From Eutreptiella sp. 'Long Island Sound 2002' (lineage: Eukaryota; Protista; Euglenida), in contig OZ038378.1 in NCBI GenBank assembly GCA_964036045.1, forward strand, positions 171,368,001-171,432,000: DNA of 64,000 bases. The letters run 5' to 3'. This document shows positions 1-12,100 of this stretch, in pieces. The position numbers and the translations under genes are program-made. The first letter of the stretch is position 1. The number at the start of each line of letters is the position of its first letter. Below the pieces are notes generated by a model. The model worked only from the letters and a program-made list of their open reading frames with translations, ran no database searches and was not told the origin of the DNA.

Positions 1-165
1 ACCAACAGCGGTTGGACAGCAACCAACGGCAGTGGGATGGATTCTCGAGCGAGCTTTAGGGACAGTCTCGATGGGAAAACACCCTCAGCGGCAACTTGTA
101 CTCCTCCTTAGAAATGAAGGAAAGTTTTGGTACAAGGTCCCTTGCTGTTGTTTCCTAGTGGGCTC

Positions 166-240
166 TGGATGGCTGATGTTATTGCCTGATGGGCTTTGGA
201 TGGCTGATGCCATTGCCTGATGGGCTTTGGATGGTTGCTG
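166..240. repeat. 31-bp tandem repeat, about 2.4 copies
   Basis: Unit tggatggctgatg(tt/cc)attgcctgatgggctt starts at 166 and 197, with a partial copy at 228. Confidence 0.85.
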
Positions 241-340
241 TCATTCCCTGTGCACACATTTTGGCACATCGCATCATGAAAATTGAAAGAAGTATGTGGT
301 AGAAGGGAGGGCTTCCAAATTAGTCCATAAGGTCACGTCA

Positions 341-460
341 GGACAACTGACGGGCGCACAAGACAACTGAGGGGCGCACAGGACAACTGATGAGCGCACA
401 GGACAACTGAGGGGCGCACAAGACAACTGAAGGGCGCACAGGACAACTGAGGGGCGCACT
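341..460. repeat. 20-bp minisatellite, 6 copies
   Basis: (g/a)gacaactgaNgggcgcaca at 341, 361, 381, 401, 421 and 441; no unique spacers. Confidence 0.95.
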
Positions 461-1129
461 ACAGTCATCGAGGCACTCTAAAAACTGTGCCCCAAGATGA
501 TATGCCATGCCTCAGCGAACCGATCCCTGGTCCTCTACAGCCCTGCCAAGGTACCCGCGTGTGCCGTTCACACGGTGATGCCTCTCGCGGCAGTGCCACC
601 CCACTTGGGTACGGGTGGGGGTCCACTGCCCTTCTGCAACCCAGCCTTGGCTGAGAACACAAGACATCTCCAGTTGTGCCCCCCTGCACTTGCTTCCCCT
701 TGCTGGCGATCCAAATACCGGTGCATCTGTCACATGTACAGATCCCAGCCACAAACGAGAAAAATCAGAGGTACAAGAATCTGAACTGATAGTCACAGTT
801 GTGCATGAGGCCTGCTGGTGCCCTGGGACGCTGCGGGGCAGTACCACTCATATTCGCAGTGGTCCGTCGAACCACGCTATCTGGCACATTACACTCTTCC
901 CGAACAAACACGGAGACAAACCTCTGCCTCAATGAAAAGGGGTGAAGTGGTCCGTTTGCCTTAAAGCGCTTTTCCAGATGTCTTATTCATCCGCCCCTGT
1001 GCCATTCATTCTTCCTCTTTGGAGAAACACCTCCGCTCCCACAGTTCCCACAGGGGACGGCTTTGATACAATTTCTGTCATCCATCTTTAACGCGCGCGC
1101 GGCGGGGGGAGGGGGGGGGCACGTTAACC

Positions 1130-1300
1130 TTCACCATGACCAGTCACCGACGCAGTTGGCGGTTACCCAAGCAGTTGGAGGTTACGACCCGGCGGTTGGA
1201 AGGGACCGACAAATGTTGTCCGGTAATTGCAGGGGGCTGCCAGTCGACTGCCGGCGGTTGGCAGTTAAGCACCGTTGCTTGGCCGTTAATCACTGGTTCA
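1130..1300. repeat. Degenerate GGCGGTTG/CAACCGCC array (dispersed family D)
   Basis: Iterated gcagttggcggtt-like words; related patches at about 1-35, 9760-9870, 15830-15990, 45150-45530 and 51230-51380. Confidence 0.6.
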
Positions 1301-1545
1301 GGCGACCTTTGTAAAAAGAAAAAAATTTTCGGTCTGCTGAGAAGAGCCCTCATTTCTTTTCACTGTACTGTACATTTTTACACGGTGCGGCATTGTACTG
1401 GCGGGTTCGGTGGTGTGCTCTGTGGGTGCACAACATCGAAGGCGGCCATGTGGGGCGGTTGTGCACATGGCTTTCGCAGTGAACTCCGTATCTACCACTT
1501 CCTACTTGCCCGCTTTGGGGCCCATTCATGTGTGGAAACTGGCCG

Positions 1546-1670
1546 AGCCCCAGCCCAAGTCCCAGCCCAGCCCAGCCCTATCCCAGCCCCAGCACTCCCA
1601 GCCCCAGTCCCAGCCCCAGTTCCAGCCACCGCCCCAGCCCAAGTCCCAGCCCCAGCCCCAGCCCTCGCCA
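1546..1670. repeat. (CCCAGC/CCCCAG)n hexamer repeat, GGGCTG on the dynein sense strand
   Basis: About 20 imperfect units starting ~35 nt into the intron after the dynein exon that ends at 1704. Confidence 0.9.
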
Positions 1671-1703
1671 GCACACATCGATCCCTCCTGCAGCGAGACG
1701 CAC

Positions 1704-4700
1704 CTGCACTTCCTGCAACGAAGGGTTCAAAAGAACGTTGGGCGAGTGGAGCTCCACAGAGACGTCGAAGAAGGGCTTGTCCACAAACATAAAGCCCTGG
1801 CGGTTGCGGGTCCCCACGCGCTTTTTGATGAGGTTCAGAGACTTGGTGGTGGTGGTCAGGATGGCCTTGAACATCAGGCGATTGAAATGCGATTTCAGCT
1901 TCATCTCTTCGTCGCGATGGATTTCAGAGACCACGCCCTCACTGGCCTGGGCCCCAATCACACACTGCAGCAGAGATTGGGCAGATGAGGAGTGGGGCTT
2001 GATGTGGGGCAGGCTTTGTGGAGCGCCCCCATCCCCCTCGGGCTTTTTGAGGAGAGTAAGTGCCCCCTGCAGTCATGGACCGCACCCCTGAGGGTAGGTG
2101 GGGTTAGGCCAACAGTGGGCTGGCTGAGGCTGTGCCTAAATGATGGCTTCGTTTGTCACATTTCTGTCTCGGAGGTCACATTTCAGCATTCTTATCTCCG
2201 ACATAGTGGTCAGCTCAGTGGTTTGCACCAGGGCTACAGAACCTCTATCTGATGGCCTCCAGCAATGAAAAGGGCAATGAGTAAGTAATACCTGAGGACG
2301 TGCTAATGGTACCCTTTGGACAACCCTTTTGGGGCGAACAAATGTTGTGGAACTGGTCTCAATGCGCACACGTTGTGGCATGGGTTGGGGTGTGGGTGCC
2401 TCCTCCGCTGAGCCCCCCTGCCCGCGTGGGGTAAGGCGAAGTGCTCTGCTCCACGCCAAAAAGGGCTGCCTCGTTTGTTCACCCCCGCCCGCCAGCTCAG
2501 AAAAAGCCTGATGCAGCGGCGGCAGAGGCCCAGTCAGACAGCGGTGTCAGCCCTGGAAGGCGATGGTTGCTCTCCGTCGCTGTCACAGGGTGCACGATGG
2601 AAAAACTTGCCATGCCCCTGATGGCCCCTTGTCCTGGGAGATGCTTGTCCTCCTGCTTCAACTGCCCTATCCCCAGGCCATGCCACACTGGGGGGCTGAT
2701 TGGTTCCGCTGCGGCTGTGATGGCAACATGCGCACGTGGAAAAGCGCCCATTCAGAGTGTCCACAGCGCATTGCTGCGCGCCACTTTTCGCGCCCGGACT
2801 GCTGGAAGTGGTCCCGGCCCCCGGCAAACGAGTGTACACGGGTGAGCGCATGTGCCACACTGAGAGGGAGGAGCCATCACGGGGGTGCAGCATGCGGGCA
2901 CATCAATGGGATTCGGCATTCCACAGGCCCCAGCGAACCGGCAACAGTCAGTCGACGGGCGGTGCCGTCCTCCTCCCCTTGAGCGGAGTTGCGGATGGGG
3001 CAGAGACCGAAAGCTGGACACAAACTGAGTGGTACGGCTGTGCACAGGTGGTCTCTGGGTTCGAAGTGCATGGACGGATGGCGGACGGCTGCGTCCATGG
3101 CACGACGCAGGAGCGCACAGCTCCACCTCAGCACATCTGTTGCGGCGGAAGCTCGTGGAAAGTCCAGTGGGCACCGCACGCAACACTTTTCCGCACGTTG
3201 CTTTACAAAATGGTGTGCCTCAAAAGCTTCCTCAAATCTTCGTGGCCCGCGTTTTGGGGGTACCCTGAGTCCCTATTCACCGCCCATCCACCACCCGCCC
3301 ATTACCCGTCGCCCCCCGGGTCCTCAGTTCTGGGGTATTACCGAGTGGCACACAGCAAAGGCGTGAATCTGGTCGAAGGCCCCGGGGGATCAACGAGTCA
3401 ACAACGGGGGAAAACAGTTTCCAGGGCCGTTTGGCCCCACTTTCTTTGTTGTCGGATTCGGGCTCCACATCTCATGCCAACCCGGCGTCCGGGGCCTGGG
3501 CTTGTCTGGACCAAACTCAAAGAGGTAGGGGCACAGGCCTGAATCACGTCGTTGGAGGCCTTCTCCACTTCTTTGTTCTTGACGTCAATGAACTCAGACT
3601 GCTCCGCAATGTATTGCTCCTGCAGCCGCACGAACTGCTCCAGCGAGAAGGACTCGTTTTCGGGCAAGTGCACAAGCAGCGTCTTCGAGATCAGCTTCAG
3701 GTTGTGCTGCATGCGATTCTCAGTGATGCCATTGACCTTGAGAACTGAACGCCAAAGAGATCGCGGATGTGTAAGAGAGGGACCGCACGGTACGGGAAAC
3801 GCGGGGGGTCTGTGCCCTGCTGCAGGATCACCCGTGTTAATAGTGCAGTCAAGTAGACAGTGACCCACGGATCACAGAAAGCCAACGTGGTAGAGTGACC
3901 TCCGGTGGTGTGTAGACCGTGAACCAGACACCAAAAAAAAACCCCCCGCCTCTGAACATTCGTTGGTGTCTTTTGTCAGTGGACAGAGACACGGAGGGGG
4001 AGAGAGGCAGCGCGTGGGCACTCACCCGAACTTTCACAACGCCCGAATCTTCTTGCGCCATGACATTTGGTCCACAAACGGCTGGTGGCTGATCACCGCC
4101 GTCGTCAGTGGACCGCCATACCCGGCGGTTACCCGCCAAAATGCGTCTCTACGCGTTCCTGTCCCCCTAAAGACACCCGTGGCAGGTAACCGCAGACAAA
4201 TACAGCCGAACGGGCGGAGGGCAAGCCCGTGTAAAGGGCGGAGAAATAAGAAGTTGACAACCCGGAACGATGCAATGTGAAAATCTCCCCGCTGTAACAC
4301 CCCCCACCCCTCGGAACAAGCAGGGCAAACAATGTTCTTCCAAAATTCTTAACCCGTGCGCACACCCGGAGGTATCAATCGGCACACCTGCTCAGCCTTT
4401 ACCCCCCCCCCCCCGCCCTCACCAAACAAGAACACATATACAAGGTCTTTTGACTTGCACCTACTTGAGGCAGAATGGACATGACCAGTGGGTTGTCATT
4501 TGCTCAGTTGCTGAAAAGCTCGAAATGATGTTGGCTGGCTTGACGGTCGGGCGGATTTCCGGGTGGAGGGGCTGGTTTGTGGAATGACAGATGGAAGCCC
4601 TACTTTTGTTGTAGCCCAGGCTTACGTGTCCTGCGGAAGTGCTCGGTCATCGGACTGGGGAAAGAGGTCGGAACCGATATAACATGGGTTCGGTCCGCAT

Positions 4701-6106
4701 GAAACCCCCGGAGCCATGGGGGGTACTCCGGCTCACAGCAACACCCCCCCTAACCTTTTGGGCCCTGTGGGGGGGGGGGGGGTGGCCGCCGGGCGGTGAT
4801 CCCGAGTACCCCAACATACATGTCTCAAAATGAGCCCCTTGTTGCACTGGTCATTTTGAACACACATATGTGGGGTTCTGGACAAAAAAATTCCCCTCAG
4901 GGGGGTCCGATCCCAGCAGCCAAGTTGGGGGGACTGGATGGGGGAGGTCAGGGGTCAGAAAACATTTCATACTTTGCATACATATTTGGATTCCCCATGA
5001 AATTCTGAGCATTTTAAGGATACACAAAAGGGGCAAAAACGAAATTTTATCCCCCCCACCATATGCAAAAAAAAATAATTTTCCGGCACCTTCGGCACCA
5101 AGTATGGGCCAAATCTGGTCCGCACTTCCTCAACGATTTGGACCTCCCGGGGGGGGGGGGAGGGGGGGGGGGGGGGCGGTCTGATGTCGGGTTCTGAGCC
5201 TGGGCGTCCCCCGTGCCCGGAGCAATGAAACCGTTCATGTTGGATCAGAAAGCCTGGGCACCTCTCAAAGTGGGAGAATGCCACGCCCGTCAGGGCCACT
5301 GGTCTATTGAGGTCCAGGATGCAGGTGCGCCTGTGGCAGAGCGGAGGCAGTGTCTGATCCCCGCCCCTGCCCTCTTGGCCAGCCCCGGCAGGCGCGACGC
5401 CACCGAGGGACCTGCCACGCCCATTAGGGCACTCCCAAGAAAGTCATGAGACAATGGCACCGAGGCAAGCCCGCGGAAATTGCATGTGAGGGTCATAGTG
5501 CAGAGGCCGCGGCCATGCGGGAGTCCCGGCTCAGCAAGCGCGTTGTGTGCAGCTGAATCCGTCAAGACGCGTTTGTTCCGGAGCTCATCTGACGGCGGGC
5601 ACGTATATCTGACCATTCAAACATATGGAGCCCGTCCGGGCTGGTCCAGTGCGACCCACCCTCGAAAACGGAGGGGGGGCACAAAATATGAGACCTCAAC
5701 ACGATCGCCACGTCGCGCTGACAATTTTGAGATATATGTGTCGGGGTTGTATGCCGCCACTCATTGGCTCCGGTCGCCCGTGCCCCACGCTTCACTGCCC
5801 AGTATTCGACGGTGGTCACAGTGCAAGAGTGCACTTGGGAATGTTCAGCACTCTGAAAGACTTGGGGCGGGGGGGAGGGGCTTCCCAACATCCCAACACA
5901 ATTTCAGGCACCTTCGGGCCCTCTCTGTGCGGGCTTTCTTGGTCGCCACTGGGCAACTAACTTTCAAAAAGGAGGGGGGGCCGCGTCTATGGACTGGGCC
6001 CCTCGTCAATTCAAAATCGTATGTTTTGTTGGGGAGCTTCCAATGATTCCCCACATGACAAGATTGCTGCAATTGATGCCCCCAGTACAAGAACATGGTT
6101 GTGCTC

Positions 6107-6138
<32 letters not shown>

Positions 6139-9100
6139 GCCTCAGCCTGCCGTTCCGCACCGCTAATGCGAGAGGCGCTAGTCGCGCGCCTCGTCCTGGC
6201 AGCCTCAACGACGGCATACCAAATAACAGGGGTCATTGAGCATTGAGCATTGGATTGGGCCACATGTGCTGAAATCTCAGGGGATGGGCACCCCGTACTG
6301 GGGGGCTTCCCAACAACAACAAGAGGGAGGCATGGGACACGAGGTGCGGGGAGGTGGAGAGGCAGAACGCAAACGCCACCGTGTAAAGGCAACAGCACAG
6401 GGGCGGAAGAAGGGGTTCGGGAACACACCTGTCTCCTCCAATCGCTTGATCCCAGCCGTCAACTTGGTGACATATACATCGATGTTGAGGGACAGCCACG
6501 TGAGGCTGGTCTCGCCCGGGTGCGTGAGGCGGTCCAGGGCCTGCACGCACCGAGTCATGAGGGAGCGGGTGATGGGGTTGATCATCCCCACCACCCGGTC
6601 GTACTCCTTCAGGGCATACATCAGCTGATTATAGAAGCCCTTGAGCTTGTCCGCCTGCATCAACACGATGCGTGCACTCTCAGGGAGCTGGACCCCGATG
6701 CGCAGCAGGCACTTGGACTCCCGGATCAACTGGAAGACCTGCAGAGAGGGGCCAAAAGAATGCCCAGCCCATGCCCCAACCGGCCCAAGAGGACGACGAC
6801 GGGGTCACCATCCATCGCCCTTCATTTAGTGAGGGGTTCGTGCGGTCTCGGCCTTTGAAAAGCTGGGTCTGATGGTGGCGACACTGTGCGGCAACGGGAC
6901 TTCATGGGGCCTCGAATGGTCAGTTTGCAATGTCCGCGTTAGGCTCTGGCCGCGCCGGACCCACGGCTGTCATCGCCTTGTGTCCATCCCGCCATGGTAC
7001 AGCGCTTTCACAGTACGAAGTTTGATCTCAAGTTCAGCCCTCGTCCCTGTGTCTGCTTGCAGCACTGGCGCTCTGGGCTCTACAGGGTTATGTGTGCATC
7101 CTGGTCAGGGGACACTCCCTCCCTGTGCTGCTGTGGAGGGGGGGGGGGGGGATGCAATCCATGAGCGCGTGAAGGAATGTTCCACAACATGCTGGTTGGT
7201 GACTGTGTAGTGCAACCGGTGTCTGGTACCATGTCATGAGCATTACCTGCTTTTTTTTTGTCGGTGTCATTTGTAGGAGGGCAAAGGCCGATTAAAGTCC
7301 TGGACGCTGTGCGACGGGTTAGGCGAGTGGGTTATGGATCAGGGGCTGGCGTAGCGTCATTTGTGGGAGGGAGGCGTGTGTGTGCGGGGGGGGGGGGGGC
7401 ATGGAATGCCCCTCCTACTGCTCTCAGTGCGCACAGGGGCAATCCTCTGCGCTCGTGGCATCCACTCCCCTGCCATTGCTGACAGGCTTCAGATTCAGTC
7501 ATTCCCAGACCCCAAAGTTGTCAAGGGTGCTCTCCGCCACGTGTGATGTGGGAAATCCCAACACAGGGCCAGGGGGGCTTCCGGATCACCAAGCGTGGCA
7601 CATCGGTGGTGTGCTGCCCTGCCAGGCACTTTGCCCTTCGGGTTGCTCATGGAGCGTGCTCCCTGTGCCATGAGCCAGGCAGTCACCGGCAGTTCGGAGC
7701 GCGGTCAGGGGGATTGCCGTGAAGCTGAGTAAGTGCACCGGGCGGTACTTCCTGGAGTACACACTGGTTTGGGGCTCCGGTCGGAAATTGCCTGCGTTGC
7801 TCATCCGTCGACGGTGGGGGAGAAGTAGTGCTTGGCAGGCGGGGACCCGGTCACTACAGCCATGGTCTAGGGCGTGCTGGGCCCCATGGCGATTGGCGTG
7901 TCGCAGAAGGTGGCCGTTCACCCAACCCTTTGACGCACAGCTGTCGTCGCCTGCAAACCGTTTTGCTGCGGATGGCCCGGACTTGAGGCCTCGGACCAAA
8001 AGGCCTGTTTCCCAAACGGGTTTTGTAAAAGTGGTGCCAAAACGCACCGGCACTATGCGCCAACCTGACCAACTCACCCAATGAGGAACTTGGATGGCGA
8101 AAGACTGAGGGAAATGGGGGGAAATGAGGAATGGGGAATATGATGGCAAAGGCTTGAACAGGTGAGGGGTGGCAGGAAAATGAGAGGATACCGTGAAAGA
8201 TGGGCGACATCTTCCCATTTTGCATGACCCCATTTCCCATGTTCTCTGGAGGCTCACACTCCCACCCGCAGGTCCCTAACAAAACAAAACACACCCACCG
8301 TGACTACCGATGGACAATGGGAAAGTTCGCTGCTCACCGACATTTACCACCACAGCGGCCAGTGCAGAAGCAGTTGCTGGCGTCAGAAGCGGGCAAGGTC
8401 TGGCGGAAAATGGTCAGTGTGCGGGATGGTACCGACGGCCGTGCGCGCTTGTTCGGGTTTTGGGGAGGAGATTGTGTACATTGCTTGTCCACAGGCGGCG
8501 CGGACACTTATTTCGTACGAAAGGAAAAAGGGGGGGGGGGGCTGCCATAGAGGCGAAGTCAGTCTGCTGGCTGGCACTTGTGATTGTGCGCACTGGTTTG
8601 AGGTTTTGGAAACAAATTGTCCACATTGCTTGCTCCAAGCCGCAGAGGGGGGGGGGGGGATATTTTGGGTACTTGAGAGTGGGGGGGTGGTTCCTCTGCT
8701 GATGGGGGGAGGGGCGGGGGGGCGGAGCGACGCCGAGTCACACGGGCGGCGGCATCGAAACCGGGCACGGCTGGTTACGTACACATGGGAAACGCCACGT
8801 ATCCCCTTTTCGGGTCGGCACTAGGGGTTGCCTTTACGAACGGACTTGTGCAGTACGCACCCGTCCGCCCACGTGCACAGGCACTGATCCCATGCAAACG
8901 ATGATGGACTGCGGGCAGGTTGATGGGACGAGGTCCGGGGGAAGGGGGGCGGACCTCCATGTCGAAGTTGACGTACAGCTTGCCCTCCGACCGCACGATC
9001 ACCGTCGCCTGCAGCCCTGCCTTGGCACTGGCGATGCTGTTGCGCCACGCATTGAGCCACACCGTCTCGTACTCCACCAGGGCTCGGGCGACCTAAGCGA

Positions 9101-12100
9101 GAGGACGGGACACGGACGAGACGGGCGTGGGACACCCGGCGACGATTGACGGGGGCGGCACCCCGCAAGCAACCGGGCGACGGGACAAGCGCAAGGGGCA
9201 ATGGGGTCCTCTCCAATGGACGCCGCCATCCTCCGGAATCGGGCGCTCGATCATGTCCCTGTCACGCCAACAATACCGCACTCGCAAATCATTTGTTGAC
9301 AGATCCAGAGAAGGACTGCAGGGCCGAAGGCACGGGCCATGCGCACCACGGCTTTGATGTACAAGGGGGACCCTCGGCGCACGCGCGCACACAAATGATG
9401 TGGAAAGTGGTGCCACAGGGCCATAGGGTCCCGGACCACCAAATGCCGTACATCGGGGGTGCGCTGCGCACCGGCGCGGGATTTACACGCGGGTCCTTTG
9501 GGGTCTTCGTGCTTCCCCTCTACCTTCCACTCCCTTCCATTGCGCCATTGCCGCTGTCCCTTTGGCGCCCCTGAAGAGGTGGCCCCCTAAAGAGAACACT
9601 CACGGGGGGGTGGGGGTGGCAGGGGTGAGGGCAGATTGTTTAGTCTGGTTAGTTTAGTTTGGTATTGCCCTGTGATGGCTGCGGGAGAAGGGCACCCCCC
9701 ATACACTTCAGGATGACAGTCAGTTCCTCTCCAGCCGCTTCTGTCCCCCTCCCCCCAAAACAACGGCCCACCAGCCGTCGTGTAACCGCCACACCTTTCC
9801 CCCCCTCACCGCTTTGCCAACCACCAGCAACCGCTTTGGCAACCACCAGTAACCGCTTTGCCAACCGCACTTAGAACACCCCTTCATCCTCCTGCCCCCG
9901 CCAAGTGCATCCCTGTCCCTGGGGCCTGCGAGGCGAATCTCTGCATATCACAGGAGGAGGGAGTAGATGACAGGGAGAGACTTTGTTGTAGGATTTGATG
10001 ATCTTGCGACTCTCCTTCTGATTGGACATGATGGTGCTGTTCTGCTGGAACTTGTTCATGGGCTCCTCGATGCGCCGCAGCAGCTGACGGGACCATGTGA
10101 TGTTGGACGAGATGGGCGGCCAGTTGCGCACTGATGGCGGATTGCCCTGTAAATGTTGGTGAGCGTTGCACAGAACTGGGCGGGTGGATGCGCCTCAGAG
10201 GCTGGCCCACAGCAACCGTCGCAGACCCCCTTTAACCCATCCCACCCACCCACACATGCACACACCGGGTGTGCAGGGCCAGGGAACGGCACCCTGAGCA
10301 CTCCTCGACAGCTCTCAACAACCCTCGACAGCCCCGAGAGTATTGGTGAGGGTAGTGGAGCCATACCGCCCATCACAATGGTTGTGGGTGTCGCACAGGG
10401 TCGATGAATCTCATTGAGGGGTTGCGGCTACTGCCATCTGAGGTCGGGTAGCTCGACGCCTGAAACCCTCTCCCTCGCGCCCAATGACCTGCGGTGACAC
10501 ACCGCAACGGGGGAACATTTCGGTGCCCTGCAACTTCCAACGGTCGTTTAAACAGCAGCTCACTCACTGCCTACTCATCCAATACTTTGGAAACCCTCCC
10601 CCCCCTGCACCATGGCCTCGTACCCCCGACCCCAGGGCCAACGGCAAAGCGTGCAGCCCACTTGGGCGCAATCGCGATGGTTTCGCAGATTCTGAGCCCA
10701 CAGGGGCCGGGCGCCCCATGTTTCAGGAACGCTGACTTCCGGCGGTGCCCAATCGCACCAGCCGTTGGCTGCCTCAGGCCATCCCAGGGGACGTGTTGAG
10801 GGCTTGTGAGGCGTCTGGTGGATTGTCAATCCTTGAAGAATTGCCTGATGTTGAGGGGGTGCGATCGCAACGAGGGAAACCTCAGGCCTGCAGGCTCACC
10901 GCCACCGACACTCAACAACTCAAGCCCCGGGAAAATGAAAGACATCGGGAAAATGGAGGAGCAAATGGGGGAGAGGCATACTGTCCGCAAAAGACGAAGT
11001 AAGACTTAGAGTGGGGGAGAGGGTGAACCGAAATGGCTAAAAAGGGCCATATTTCCCCTTTTTTCCGGGTCTCCATTTCCACACTTTCGTGCTCTTCGCA
11101 CTTCAGCCGTAATGAAAGGCTCGTCGCGGGCACGAGCCGACGACAAAATGAGGACAACGCGGGCTCATTGCTGCGCGCCCAAGACTTGGTGAGGTCATGT
11201 GCCCTGCATGGCACTCGTCGGCCATGTACGACGATGTGCGCGCGCGATGTGCCCCCTCGGTCCACCGGGAACAACATGAGCATCCCCCTCCCCACATCCA
11301 CATGCGGTGGTCACTGGGCGGTGCCGTGCTTTGGCGTTGCGTGCGTTACGATCGCATTTTGTTTTCATCAACAAAAAGGTACGTTGCGCTTGCTGGTCAG
11401 GCATTGGGTCATCCACAAGAGGCCCTGCATGCCTTGTGCCGCTCGTACATCTTCTGCACGTTCTCGAGGTCCAGACCATAATTATGAAAGATGACCATGT
11501 ATTTGGACTCCAGGTCGGACTTGAGGTTGTCCCGTTTTAGGATCGACTGGAACTTCTTCAACAGCCCAAGGGCGTTCACAGTGCTCGTGATGTTCTCGAA
11601 CGACGAGTTGATGAACACCTGCCGCCAACAGGGGGTGCCACGTAGAACCAATTAGGCCCATACCCATAGGCCTGTGAAAGGGCTGTTTTCACGCGCTACC
11701 GACCCATTTGTATAGATGTAGGCAAAACACTAGGGCCAGTTTGTGGTGCGGTGTTGGGGGCAATGCTATGCCAGGTGGACTTGCCAAAAGCAATAGAATT
11801 TTGACTCTGGAGGATGATCCCGAAGGGCGCAAGGGGAAGCTGGTTTATGCACCTGGTGCACCATTTTCAAGGTAGGCTTGGCATGTGTGGCAAACAAACG
11901 GTGTGGATAGAATCTCCAGAGGACTGACCCTGTTGAACAAAGCCATCCCCCAAGAGCAGAGGAACCGCTTCACTCGGAGGCACGCGATGTTGCACACTCT
12001 CGCGCAAGGTGGAGTAGGCGGTCGGAAAAAGACCTCTGCCAAAAGACCTCAGACTAGCAAGGTGGTTCGTACCAAATGCCCAGCAAATGCTGTACTGCTC

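Noticed and set aside
341-460. 20-bp repeat (and the 24-bp repeat at 59112-59303) as CRISPR-like
   Set aside because: Head-to-tail minisatellites without spacers.
1136-2091. Pro/Gln/Ala-rich plus-strand ORFs
   Set aside because: Products of the CCCAGC repeat and the antisense of a dynein exon.
5148-5177. Long G/C homopolymers as individual functional G4 elements
   Set aside because: Ubiquitous in this window, and run lengths are unreliable in assemblies. Noted only where they form element termini.
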